Shown here in pieces: positions 39,541-52,142 of a stretch of DNA of 64,000 nt. The position numbers and the translations under genes are program-made. Source of the stretch: Octopus vulgaris (Eukaryota); NCBI GenBank assembly GCA_951406725.2, contig OX597814.1:124620001-124684000 (forward strand). The letters run 5' to 3'. Numbering within the stretch: position 1 is the stretch's first letter; each line of letters opens with the position of its first letter. The notes under the pieces are model-generated. The model worked only from the letters and a program-made list of their open reading frames with translations. It ran no database searches and was not told where the DNA came from.

Positions 39541-40207
39541 TGCTGTTCCAAACCGCCTGTAAAAAGCAAAGAAGAAAATATGAAAAATATAAAATGAAAA
39601 AGATAAATCTTGAACATAGTTGTGTATTTAACGAAATATATGTTTGTATGTATATATGTATGACGCAGAAATACACATGGTTGGTGCCAGGGCGCGCAGT
39701 AATACCACCGGGTGCGAAGCACCCCCAGCTGTTGTCACAGCATTCTTCTAGAAACTGGACGCTCTGGTGTAAAATGTGCGGTTTCACGTGATTACTGGTC
39801 ATTTAACTTCAACCTGTTAATTGATACTAATCACAGCGACTCAGAGAGTGGCACACGTGTTTTACAAATGTCTATCACTATAATCCAATGATATACTGAT
39901 GTGTTTTGGGGGGTGACCTCATCTGTCGTTCCATCTTATGAAAGTACTATAGTGATGGAAAAGTGGTGACCTGGGGAATGGGTGTATATGTATATTTCAG
40001 TTCTTGCTCCTTGTTCAGTATCACATCCAAACTATTAACTATCCACATCTACATTACTTAAATAATCATTATGTTTAGCAGTGTAACGCTAATGGGTTGA
40101 CCAATTTATATATTAACAACATTGCTGGGAGCTGGTAGGCATATTTTAATTGCTGGTAGGGGCATAGTATTTCGCTTTGCAATCATAGTATACTACCAAG
40201 AATATTC

Positions 40208-40597
40208 ATTTCTACTCTAGGCACGGGCCTGAAACTTTTTGGGAGGAGGGGGACAGTCGATTAAATCGACCCCAGTACGCAGCTGGTACTTAATTTATCG
40301 GCCCCGAAAGGATGAAAGGCAAAGTCGACTTCGGTGAATTTGAACTCAGAACGTAAAGATAGACGAATACTTATTTCTTTATTGCCCACAAGGAGCTAAA
40401 CATAGAGGGGACAAACAAGGACAGACAAAGGGACTAAGTCAATTACATCGACTCCAGTGCGTAACTGGTACTTGTTTAATTGACCCTGAAGGGATGAAAG
40501 GCAAAGTTGACCTCAGCGGAATTTGAACTCAGAACGTAGCAGCAGACGAAATAGCGATAAACATTTCGCGTACTAACGATTCTGCCAGCTCGCCGCC
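40208..40597 (-). mobile_element. SINE family A heterodimer (full A1 unit plus headless A2 unit)
   Basis: Junction rc aaagaaataagtattcgtct; flanking imperfect repeat atactacYaagWatattMat. Confidence 0.85.
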
Positions 40598-40697
40598 TTA
40601 CGGACGAATACTACTAAGTATATTAATAATTAAATAACATTGTAACGAATAAACGTAGTGGCTATTTAAGCAATCTATTCGTGGACAGTTATTAGGT

Positions 40698-40751
40698 TGG
40701 ATGTCGCGCTGATGAAAGAGCAATAACTTTTGAAATATGCATATACATCTA
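40698..40751 (+). ncRNA. Hammerhead-like motif (displaced stem I)
   Basis: CUGAUGA 40709-40715, stem II AAGAG/CUUUU, GAAA, palindromic stem III AUAUGCAUAU, AUA triplet. Confidence 0.55.
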
Positions 40752-40909
40752 TTACCTCTTTCTCCGTTTTCGATCGCAGTATTTACATAGAACATTCGTA
40801 TACGAAACCTCATAGCGTTCAGTGTTGGCACAAAATTCTATAGAAAATCTATAGAGATAAAACTTAGATATGTGTGTGTATTTACATACATAGTCATACA
40901 CGTGCATAT

Positions 40910-41133
40910 ATTCTTTTATTCTTTTACTTGTTTCAGTCATTTGACTGCGGCCATGCTGGATCACCGCCTGTAGTCGAACAAATAGAGCCCAGGATTTATT
41001 CATTGTAAGCCTAGTACTTATTCTATCGGTCTCTGTTGCCACACAGCTAGGTTACGGGGACCTAAACGCACCAACGCCGGTTGTCAAGCGATGGTGGGGA
41101 GACAAACAGACGCACAAATAACACACACACACA

Positions 41134-41181
<48 letters not shown>

Positions 41182-41337
41182 CGATGGGCTTCTTTCAGTT
41201 TCTGTCTACCAAATCCACTCACAATGCTTTGGTCAACCCGGGGCTATAGATGAAGACACATGCCCAAAGTGCCGCCCAGTAGGACTGAAACCGGAACCAT
41301 GTGATTGGGAAGCTAGCTTCTTACCACACAGCCACTC
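40910..41337 (-). mobile_element. SINE family B, full length
   Basis: Matches family B. Confidence 0.9.
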
Positions 41338-41930
41338 ACTTAATAATAAGTACATTTATTGAGTTTGAGGATACTAGTGATGATCTGCAATGGCTAACAT
41401 TATACAGTGAACTTCGAGTAATTGGAGAAGTCGCTAAAGTTATTTTTTGGCCAAAAGTGTGAAATGCGTGGATCATATCCTGCCCCAGTTCTCAAGAAAA
41501 TCTTAGGCGCTGCAAGTAAGGGATTTAGAAATAAATTAAATGTCAACAATGCCGGATTGAGTATACTTCAAGTTATACTTATTCTCAATATTTTTTGAGC
41601 CAGCTAGTTACATTATTCTTGTTTTTTCCACAGACGTATTTGTGATTTATTTAAAGCTATTGCGACTATTATTCTTTTATTTGTTTCACTCATTTAACTG
41701 TGGCCATGCTGGAGCACCGCCTTTAGTCGAACAAGTCGACCCCAGGACTTAATTTTTGTAAGCCTAGTACTGATTCTATCGGGCTCTATGCCGAACCGCT
41801 AAGTTATGGAGACGTAAACACACCAAGATGGGTTATCAAGCGATGTTGGGGGTACAAATAGACACACAAAAATATACATACATACATACATATATATATA
41901 TACATACATATATATATATATACATATATG

Positions 41931-41978
<48 letters not shown>

Positions 41979-42096
41979 CGTGTTTGTGCATGTATATATA
42001 TATATATATAATTTTAATCCAAACGGGAAAACAAAAAAACAACAATGGAACAATTACAGTATTATTATTAATAGGCGCTCAGGAAATGGAAGCAGG

Positions 42097-42134
42097 AAGG
42101 TATGACGTTTCGAGCGGAGCTCTTCGTCGGAAAC
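42097..42134 (-). ncRNA. Minimal PLE-type hammerhead-like motif
   Basis: rc CCGACGA-A-GAGC-UCC-GCUC-GAAA-CG-UC; related motif at ~21765-21800; stem I poor, U4 mutated. Confidence 0.45.
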
Positions 42135-42839
42135 ATAAAGAAGGAAGAGAGAGGAAAGAAAGATCCCAAAGCGGGCAACAGGGATAGAGAAAAAAAACGA
42201 CTGGTGTTTACGAGTTACACATGGTGAAAGGCGGAAGTTTACGATAACAAGAGCAAAGTAGGTTTTTAAAGCCAAAGAGTGGAGACTAGGTTGGTAACGC
42301 AACAGATGTGTATGTATGTGTGAGTGTGTGCGTGTGCGTGTGTGTATGTGTGTGTGTGAGGCGAGATAAAAAAACAAAAAATATATGTATGTGTTAGTGT
42401 GTGCGTCTGTGTGTAGGCGTGTGAGGTAGGGCGAGACAGTGGTAGGCAAGCAGACAGTGGTCAGTAGTAAGAAAAAGAAGGAAAGAGGAAGGGAGGGAGA
42501 GGAAGGGGTGGGGGCGTATGTAGCGTGCCAGCGTGTGTTGAGTAGTAGTGTGTGTGTGTGTCCAGTGTCGTGGTAGTATTAATGGCGAGTAGATTGAATG
42601 TGTGTAAGAGTAATGTATATATTTAAGCAATGTGTGTATATGTGTGCGCGTGTGTGTAACAAAAAGGGGGGGTTAAGGAAAAAGGACTACAGCTGAGGAG
42701 AAGATGGAAGAGTGGTCCCGCAGAGACGGGCGTGGGAAAACCCAACGACAAGCGACGGTCCCAGGAACGAGCGGGAGGTCTCGTCGGGTCCAAGAGCGAG
42801 GTGCATGCGGCGCGTATGCGTGCGCGAACCGGCGCAAGC

Positions 42840-44400
42840 GCGTGTGTGCGCGCGCGCCTGCGAGTATGCGCGTACGTATGTATGTGTGTGGATGTGTGAG
42901 TGTGTCTGTGTGTATGTCTGGGTGTCAGTGTGTCCGATGAATGTATGTGAGTATGTGTGTATATATGTGTGTGCATAGATGTATGTCCGTGTGTGTGTGT
43001 GTGTGTATGTGTATGAGTGTGTATGTATGTACGTGTGGGTGTGTGGAAGTGTGTGTATGTGCATGTGTGTGCGCGTACATACAGGTGTGTGAGTGAGTGT
43101 GTGTGTGTGTATGTATGTGTGAGTGTGTATGTATGTGTGTGTAGGATGCATGTATGTGTATGGGTGTATGTATGTGTGTGTATGTATGTATGTGTACGTG
43201 CGTGTGTGTGTGTGTATGCGTGTAGGTGTGCGCGTGTGCATGCATGCATGCATGTGCGTATGTGTGTGTGTGTGCATGCTTGTGGGTATATATGTATGTG
43301 CGTATATGTGTGTGTATGTGCGTACATGTGTGTGTGTATGCATGTGTGTGTATGTAGGTGTGTAGGCGTGTGTGTATAGGTGTATGTATGTAAGTATGTA
43401 TGGGTGTGTCCGTGTATGTGTGTGTATGTATGTGTGTGTATGTAGGTGTGTGGGCGTGTGTATATGTGTGTGTATGTAGGTGTGTGGGCGTGTGTATATA
43501 GGTGTATGTATGTATGTCTGGGTATGTCCGTGCATGTTTGTGTGTGTGTGTGTATGCATGTGTATGTAGGTGTGTGTGTACGTGTGTAATGTATGTGTGT
43601 ATGCGTGTGTGTGCGTGTGTATGCGTGCGTGTGTGTATGTAGGTGCGTGTGTATGTGTGTGGGAGTGTAGGTGTGTGTGTGCGTGTGCGTGTTTATGTTG
43701 GTGTGTGCGTATGTGAGTGTGAGTGTATGGGTGTTTGTCATGCATGTGTGTGCGCGTGCAGGTGAGTGTGTGTGTAAGTATGTGTGTGTGTATGTTTGTG
43801 TGAGTGTGTATGTGTGTATGTCTGTGTGTATGTATGTGCGTATAGGAGTATGTAGGTATGTGTGTGTGTATGTGTATGGGTGTGTGTATGTATGTGTGTG
43901 TGTGTGCATGTGTATAAGTATATGTGTGTGTGCGTATGTGTGTGTATGTGTATGTGTGTGTGTTTATGTATGTGTGTATGTATGTGTGTAGGCGTGTGTG
44001 TGTAGATGTATGTATGTATGGGTGTGTGTCTGTGTGTGTTTGTGTGTGTGTGTAGGTAGGTGTGTGTGTCTGAGTGAGGGTATGGCTGTGTAGGTGTGTG
44101 TGTGTATGAATGTAAGTGTGTGTGTGTACAAGTATAATGTATGTATGTAGGTGTGTGTGTGTGTGTGTATGTGTACGTGTGCGTGTGTATGTGTGTGTGT
44201 GTATGCGTGTGAGTGTGAGTGTATGGGTGTATGTCTGTGTGTGTGTATGTCTGAAGTAGGTATGTGTGTGTATGTATGTATGTGTGTGTGTGTGCGGGTA
44301 TGTGTGTGTGTGTGTATGTGTGTGTGTGAGTAGGTGTGCGTGTATGTATGTGGGTAGGGATGCATGCGAGTGTGTGGGTATGTATGCATACATACGCACG
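42840..44400. repeat. ~1.55-kb degenerate (GT)/(GTAT) simple-repeat tract with internal higher-order duplications
   Basis: Directly visible. Confidence 0.95.
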
Positions 44401-44541
44401 CGCACATCCGAAGCAAGCCCACACACACGAAGCGCGCTCACGCACACAACGCACAAGCAGTACAACGCAAGCCCAAGGGGCCGACCAAGCCCCCAGCGCG
44501 CGCCAAGGCGCGCGAGCGCAAAGGCCCTCGAACGCCCTCGA

Positions 44542-44589
<48 letters not shown>

Positions 44590-45029
44590 ATATATATGTA
44601 TGTATATACACGACAGGCTTATTTCAGTTTCCGTCTACCAGATCCACTCACAACGCTATAGTAGAAGGTGCCACGCAGTGAGACTGAACCCGGAACAATG
44701 TGGTTTGTAAGTAAGCTACTTACCACAACCCACTCCTGTGCCTATTGTTTAGAATCTTGTTACGAATTAATCCCAGTCCCGTTTGTCATCGTCTACTCTC
44801 AAATATTATCGATACATATACATAGCTATTCACAAATAGGAGACCTTTGATACGGGTAGTCAGCCTTCCAGAAATGTCAATTAAGTCTCTTTCGAATCAA
44901 CAAAAGAGACGGATCATAATGATTAAAACACAAACTTGAATAGGAAGGTAGTTTATGAAGAAGTCACCGAAGTGTACAAATGTATATACTGAGTCAGTAG
45001 AATATGAAAAATATGTTTTCCATTTTTGC

Positions 45030-45202
45030 ACAAGACCAGTATTTTCGGTCTTCTAGTGCTCAAGTGGTATCTATTTTATCAATCCTCGAGAGGACAAAAG
45101 ACAAAGTCGATACTGGCGGCATTTGAACTCAGAAAGTGAAGACGGATGGGATGACGCTGAGCATTTTGCTCAGCGTGCTAACGAATCTGCTGACTCGCCG
45201 CC
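45030..45202 (-). mobile_element. Old SINE family A copy
   Basis: rc ggcggcgagtcagcaga...gagttcaaatgccgcc. Confidence 0.8.
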
Positions 45203-48200
45203 TTTAGTTAAGCAATATTAAAAGATAGTCAAAACTATTGAAAAGGTTGCAAGACGCAACGAAAATTTTAGGAAAACAAAAATAAGAAAAAAGTGGAAAT
45301 TTTACCGGTGAGTGTGTTATATTATAAGGCACAAAAAGAAAATGACTCTCCCCAGACACAACAGAATATGCTTCAACACACGAACTCATATAAAGAATCT
45401 TGCAAACCAAATCCAAAAACGAAATTAAAAAATAGTTATTGTCTTCACTAAGAAAGCCAATTTAAATTTCCATAATTTACCCAATTAAAAAGTGCATAAT
45501 ATAATATCTAAATTTCTAAAAAATAAAAATAGAAGTAAAGTTATTCGGTTTTTTTTTATCTAATACTCAAAAAACTGGAACACGAAAAAAAATGATGACA
45601 ATGAGTCGTTAATTGGAGTCAAGAAATTTGTGCTAATTTGTGTTAATTAATTGTCATTAAAAGAAAGTTTCTAAAGTATCTAAAATGGATTGTCTTTAAT
45701 CAAAGTACAGTACAGTATCTCATTCCAATGCATTTACAGTCCCTGTATTTTACTTTGTTAAAACATGTTCTTTACTTAAATGATACTTTTATTTTTTTCC
45801 GTTTCTCTCTTTTCACAATATTAATGATAATACTGATGTATACTGACAACATTAATGAGTTTTGTAAGCTGCTACCATCATTTAAAAAGTGATGATCGAT
45901 ACATATACATTATCAGTTCAGATAATTGCAAAATTAGTTATCCACCAGCTCTCCGGTCCCTGTGGTGTCGGTTAAGAAGGGGTTTACTATAATAAGTTTC
46001 TAATTCTTTCAAAAGCTCATTGTATTTAAACCGAATATATCAAATGCAGAATTTATATTCAAATTTTTACCACATCGACTTCAGCAGAACATTAAATGCT
46101 TCGGGTTTATATAAGATCTTGAGTATATTGTCTAGTTTTGTGTTTAAGCTCCTGCTTTTCTTCATTGTTTGTTGGGAGAGTCGTCAGAACATTGGATGGA
46201 ATACCTCACATTATTTATTCAGAGTCTCCGGTCTGTGAGTTCAAATCTCGCCAAGGTCAAAATTGACTTTCTTCCTTTTGGAGTAAACAAAAAGGAGAAA
46301 AGCGGAAGATTACTGATGGACTGACAACAGTGTTAGAATGTCGATGGAAGTGCCTTGTAGGCCTCTGTAACATTCCTTTGCCTTCTGGCTAATGGCTCTG
46401 ACGACGCTGGAACCAAGACGTATCGGCCTTTATGAAAATCCTTTTCTTTTTAACAACATTAGGGACATGCAGAGGGAGAGTTACGAACATGGGCAACTGT
46501 TATTCAGAAAGAACCTTGCCTGGTCTTGCTCGTATAGACAACGGAGGCTCTCTGGATTTACATACACACACTCACATATACGTGTGCGCATGTCTGTGTG
46601 TGCAAGTGGTTTGTCATTTACTCCACCAGCACTTTAATTAAAAATCATCTAATATAACTATTTTACTGAAAAATAAAAATGAAGTTAATAAGCTTTCTAA
46701 TTCCTTCAAAATCTCTTTGTATTTAAATAGAATGTATTATATACTAACGCTAGCATTTTAAACAGACAAAACACGTGCTATCTAATTGCTGTTGAATTAT
46801 TGTACCAACAAAATTGGAAGAGGTCTCTTTTCTAATGCAGGAAATAAAAGGAAAAATGATTAATAATTTTTAATTTTATCTCTCTGCAATTCCTTTTAGT
46901 TTCCTAAAAAACGTATATATTTGTGTATATCTGTATGCAATATAATTGATATATGTATCAACATGACTGTGAATATATTTGACCCCTCCCCCAGAACGGA
47001 CGTGTATTAGGTTATTTAACAACACGGAACATACTTTCATGTCCATGGTTTGTTTGCACGTAAAGAAATTAATCCATGTAATTTGAAACATGTCTCTTTT
47101 ATTCTCATTTATTTATACTTTTCGTTTAGTTTCATCCATTTTCATACACAACTGAATTAAAGAGCGAGTGTTCTTGGATGCATTAGTAAATATGAACGTA
47201 TGTATGTATGGATCAGTGCTCATGTGTGTATATATATATATGTGTGTGTGTGTGAATGCGTGTCTTTCTTTTATAATCACATACTTAATTAATATCCATA
47301 TAAACACATTTTCTTTGGTGTAAGGATGTGTGTGGTCGTGCATGGATGTCTGCATCTCTGTGTGACGTGGAATAATGAGTAAGCCTTTTTGGTTTAAGTA
47401 TATTAATTATAAGAAAACAGAATGTGAGTTCCTGTAATATTGTCTGTGTGTTAAGTGACTACAACGATGAATAGTGCCGACAAAGAAGCAGAAATAATAA
47501 TCTATTACGTCCATAAATAATTAGTTTAATTATTTCCCCACAAATAATTAACTCTACCAAATGGTGAAAGATTAAGTCTAGGAATCACTTCCGGAATGAA
47601 ACATAATACATTATGTATTTAAATATTCACCTCACACCCATTTTAATTCTATAACAACTTTACGTGCATAAATACTGACCTGACGGAATAATAACGTTCG
47701 ATTAAACCACATACAGAATATACAAATTTAATATGATCATAAAAGGCATATTGATGAAACCATTACTAATTATTACAACTAATAATAAACAGGAAAATGA
47801 AAGCTTGTCGAGTCTTTATGATACTCAGTAAATAAAATAATTTTAACATTAACCACGATTGTCCATTCAAAATAACGTAATCATTCATTTAACATCATAA
47901 AATTCTAGAATATTGAATTACAACTTTACATGTCTTTATATAATCAAATGTTGCATGAGGCAGTTGTTAAATTTAAGCTATTTCAGAATAAATATTCTAG
48001 AAGTATGTCTGAGTACATACAGAAATAAAAGCACTTTATCAGAGTGTTTCTCAGTTTGTGTGATTATAGATATGATCAATCAGAGCTGGCTTATGGTTAA
48101 GAAGCAATATATATAAATTATCCAAATGTTGTTACTATAGAATTCAAGAAACAACCAACAGTGAAACCCGGCTCCATCCAACGCATAGCAAAATCTTACA

Positions 48201-48559
48201 CACAGTACATACATCGTAACCTCATCTCTTTGATAACATCAGCCCTTATTTTTTCAGTATTATTTCCTCAAAATTGAAAGAAAAAAAAAAACAACACGAT
48301 TTTAAAATGTGACTCAATAAAGGTCTACGAACCATCAGCCCTAGTTGTTGTTAACATTTTGTATTAAAGCAGGGAAAGCATATGTGATGCTGGAAATATA
48401 TTATAGATTTGTAAATTTGCAGAACCTATAGAACAACAGACAAAATAGCACGCAGTATAGAGTTTGTATCTTCATGTTCAGAGTTCAAATCCTGATGTAG
48501 TCTACAATCTTTCTGGAATGGACCAAATAGCAATTTAATCTTCAGTGTGTTGTGCCGAC

Positions 48560-49130
48560 ATTAAATCAATGTTAAAAAGAGATGATGGGAAAGTTTGGTC
48601 GTTATTAGCGATGCACGTCGTTTTTTTTGCACGTCGGTTTCTTGAATAGAGCTGAAACCCTGGATAAACCGAAGACCAAGACTGGGCACCTGATACCTGG
48701 AATATTGTCTGGTACTCGAAGTTTCTAAGCGGTTGGCTGACGCAACCAGCAATATATAAACCATTGTATTCTATAGAGGTTTAATGGTGGACAAGAGTGA
48801 CGACGTTCTCGGATGATTCTGGAAATCAATGAAGATCAACAGCCTATTCCGGAAGTGCTTCATTCCGGGGATGATGGACAACTTTCAGGAATCACTCATG
48901 TTGCAGTACTAGTGAAGGTGGAGTATATTGCCGGTTTGGAATATACTCCAACTCGGTTGACCGGGCCTGTCTAAAAGCGTGCAGGGCGACAAAGATGTTT
49001 GGCAAGCACTCATTATATGACCGAGCATTGATGACTTGTGGAGTAACGTTGAACAGCTTTTGTTATGTTTAGGATGGATGCAGGCTGTCAATGATCTCCA
49101 TGGCAAGGAATACCCCGTCACCTTTCTTTG
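48560..49130 (-). mobile_element. Possible ancient RLE-type (R2/R4/NeSL-like) LINE C-terminal relic
   Basis: Peptide CSTLLHKSSMLGHIMSACQTSL resembles the CCHC zinc knuckle (C..C...TL.HILS.C..AL). Confidence 0.35.
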
Positions 49131-49384
49131 CCGAGGAAAAGCAAATATTTCCCTTCTATTTGGTAACTATAGTGAAAGGGATTCAAGGTGGACAAAACTG
49201 AAAAGACAAGACAAACAATTATCTCAAGTTTTATCCTGAAAATGAAACTGGGAAAGTCTTGAAACATTGATACAACTAAAAAGTTAATCTTTCCCTAAAA
49301 ATATAAGAAACTATTAAATAAAAGACAAGAAACCATTAACAAAACAAAACTGAAATATATATACGTTCTAATAATATACATATG

Positions 49385-49498
49385 AATGCAAGTTCAGTCC
49401 TACTGCATGGTAACCTGCGCAGGTGTTTTGTACTGTAGCCTCGGTTTGACCAAAACCTTATGAGAAGATCTGGAGATGGAAACTGAAAGAAGCCCGTC

Positions 49499-49534
<36 letters not shown>

Positions 49535-50645
49535 ACGGACTGTCAATTTCGACGTGCGAGCGCCTGCAGGCTTAATATAATTGTTATTACTTGTGTTTTT
49601 GCCTCTGATGTGACTTTAACCCAACTAACGATTTGCAAGTTTGTCCGCATAAAGGACAGGACGTAGACGCGTCACAATGATCAGCTGGGATCGCATTTCT
49701 GTACTTTATCCCAGTTCTCTTTTTTTTTTGAAGGTGAATCAGTCGTTGACTTTCGAAGTTTTGAATTGCTTCAAAATGAGTTGACCTCCATTTGTATCAC
49801 CCTCGGGTAAGCTCTTCAAAGCAAGCAAGAGGAACATCTGCATGCTTGAGGTTTTCCTCCAAAGCGGAGCCAAAGCTTTCCGGTATGTCTCTTATCCTCA
49901 TCAAGCCGGTCGTATAAAAGCCACTTCGAAATCCTATCTCGTACATGCGCACGACATGTCTCACCCAATGAAATTGTGATCGCATAAATGATTCTACACC
50001 TTCAGTTTTACATTTTGCTAAGAGTTCAACAATGGTGATTCGATTACCCAGACTAAGGCCACAAATCAATCGAAGACACCGCTTGTGGAAGACATCAAGT
50101 TGATTGATTTGTAACTGGTAGGGAACCCAAGACTCGGAAGATGAGTCTTGGGTTGGACACTTCTTTGTTTTCAACGAACCTCCTCTGTTGTTCTACAACC
50201 GATGATGAAGTTTACGAAATGAAACAGTGGCCTTAGAAATGCGGTTGGTGATTTCCTCACCGAATGTCCCACAAGAGTTGACAACACTGCCTGGATAACA
50301 AGTTTCTTACATAACCAAGGCTTTCGTTGTCAATTATGATAGGTTGTTCAGGAAGTGGATGACAAAGAGGAGGTTGTTGTACATTTCGGATTTGCTTTGA
50401 GGATACTCTTTCTCTCTCTTTCTCCCACTTTGTATGTGTAAGTGTGTGTATGTGCATGTTTCTGTCTGTGCTTGAGCCCCACTACCATTTGAAAACCAAT
50501 GTTGTTTACGTCCCCGTAACTTAGCAGTTCGGCAAAGAAATCCGATAGAATAAGTACCAAGCTTTTTAAAAAGTAAATTCTGGCCTCGATTCGATCGATT
50601 AAAACAATCCTTCAAGCCAGAGCCCCAGTATGATTGCTGTCTAAT
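49385..50645 (+). mobile_element. Old SINE family B split into 5' half (49385-49500) and 3' half (50460-50645) by an RTE LINE fragment
   Basis: Complementary halves in the same orientation. Confidence 0.65.
49535..50380 (-). mobile_element. RTE-clade LINE 3' fragment
   Basis: PIIIDNESLGYV; SESWVPYQLQINQLDVFHKRCLRLICG...RITIVELL...SQFHWVRHVVRM; C-terminal Cys motif. Confidence 0.88.
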
Positions 50646-50972
50646 GATAGAATAATTAAAGGCAGAAATGAGCGCACACATCTAAGCAGAAACCAAAGGT
50701 CATCTTAGTTATTAGCGTTGACGTTGGTCTGACGATCGCTAGGTGTGAAAATATTGTTGCTCACATGAAACTAACCACAGAGTACAATGATATGTGTGTG
50801 TGTACGTTTGTCTGTGAGTGGAGGTCAGCGTATATACAGCCAGATAAATATACGTACACGGCGCCTACAAGTAAATGAAATCGTCTAGAGAAAGTGTATA
50901 TAAATACACATACTATGCAAAGTATCTATATAGACTGGAATTCGAAATATATTTCAACAAAAAAAACATAAT

Positions 50973-51003
<31 letters not shown>

Positions 51004-51019
51004 CATATATATACATACA

Positions 51020-51065
<46 letters not shown>

Positions 51066-51304
51066 ATATATATATAATATATATAATATAATATAATATA
51101 ATATCATATAATATAATATAATATATAATATGATATATCATAATATAATATGACATATATAGAGAGAAAGAGAGAATTTTGTCTTGATGTTATGTTAGAT
51201 GTATACAAACATGTGTGTGAATGCGTGTGTGTGTGTGCGCGCGCGCGCGTGTGTGTGTGTATGTGCATGTATGTATATATTTTTCTTTATTTTTAATTAT
51301 TTAG

Positions 51305-51382
51305 ATGTTTCCTGTAAGGAAGACATTTTGTTCATAAGAACGGAACAAGAGTTTCATCGCCGGAATTCGGATAATATAAACG
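51305..51382 (+). CDS. Candidate 78-nt internal exon (phase 1-1) of an unidentified host gene
   Basis: T-rich tract + TTAG acceptor, G|GTAAGT donor, length divisible by 3, open frame DVSCKEDILFIRTEQEFHRRNSDNIN; non-repetitive sequence; no homology recognised. Confidence 0.4.
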
Positions 51383-51404
51383 GTAAGTGTTAAATTTTTA
51401 TATC

Positions 51405-51583
51405 TGTTACTTGCTTCAGTCATCAGACTGCGGCCATGCTGGGGCACCGCCTTGTAGAATTTTTTGTTGAATGACTCGACAACGGTGCTTACTTTTTAAA
51501 AGCATGATACTTATTCTATCAGTTTTCATTTGCCAAACCGCGATGTTACGAAAACGTAAACACACTAACACCAGTTGTTAAGT
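51405..51583 (-). mobile_element. SINE family B 3' half (older type)
   Basis: Matches family B tail. Confidence 0.8.
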
Positions 51584-51664
51584 GTGGCCACTGTTCCATT
51601 TCGTAAACTTCATCATCAGTTGTAGAACAACAGAAGATGAAAACAAAGAAGTGTCCAACATGCA

Positions 51665-51732
<68 letters not shown>

Positions 51733-51735
<3 letters not shown>

Positions 51736-51903
51736 CGCAGGAGTGGCTGTGTGGTAATAGTTTGCTTACCAACCACATGGTTCCGGGTTCATTCCCACTG
51801 CGTAGCTTCTTGGGCAAGTGTCTTCTACTATAGTCTCGAGTCGACCAAAGCCGTCTGAGGGGATTTGGTAGACGGAAACTGAAAGAAGCCCTTCGTATGT
51901 ATG

Positions 51904-51942
<39 letters not shown>

Positions 51943-52135
51943 ATGTTTGTGTGTCTGTGTTTGTCCCCTCGACAACCGATGGTGGTGTGTTTACGTCCCC
52001 GTAACGTAGCGGTTCGGCAAAAGAGACTGATAGAATAAGGACTAGGATTTCAAAGAATAAGTCCTGGGGTCGATTTGCTCGACTAAAGGCGGTGCTCCAG
52101 CATGGCCGCACTCAAATGACTGAAACAAGTAAAAG
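51733..52135 (+). mobile_element. SINE family B, full length
   Basis: Matches family B. Confidence 0.92.
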
Positions 52136-52142
52136 TATATAT

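Larger units (their letters stand above)
41670..44743 (-). mobile_element. SINE family B split into 3' half (41670-41870) and 5' half (44610-44743) by a ~2.5-kb insertion
   Basis: Two complementary halves in the same orientation, each adjoining a (TA)/(CA) tract. Confidence 0.65.

Noticed and set aside
42623-44549. 428-aa and 620-aa His/Thr-rich ORFs as real genes
   Set aside because: Several frames are open simply because the CA-rich strand lacks stops; kept only as a low-weight finding.
46392-46640. Possible exon after an acceptor-like ttttaacaacattag
   Set aside because: No convincing donor, runs into a CA repeat, no recognisable protein motif.
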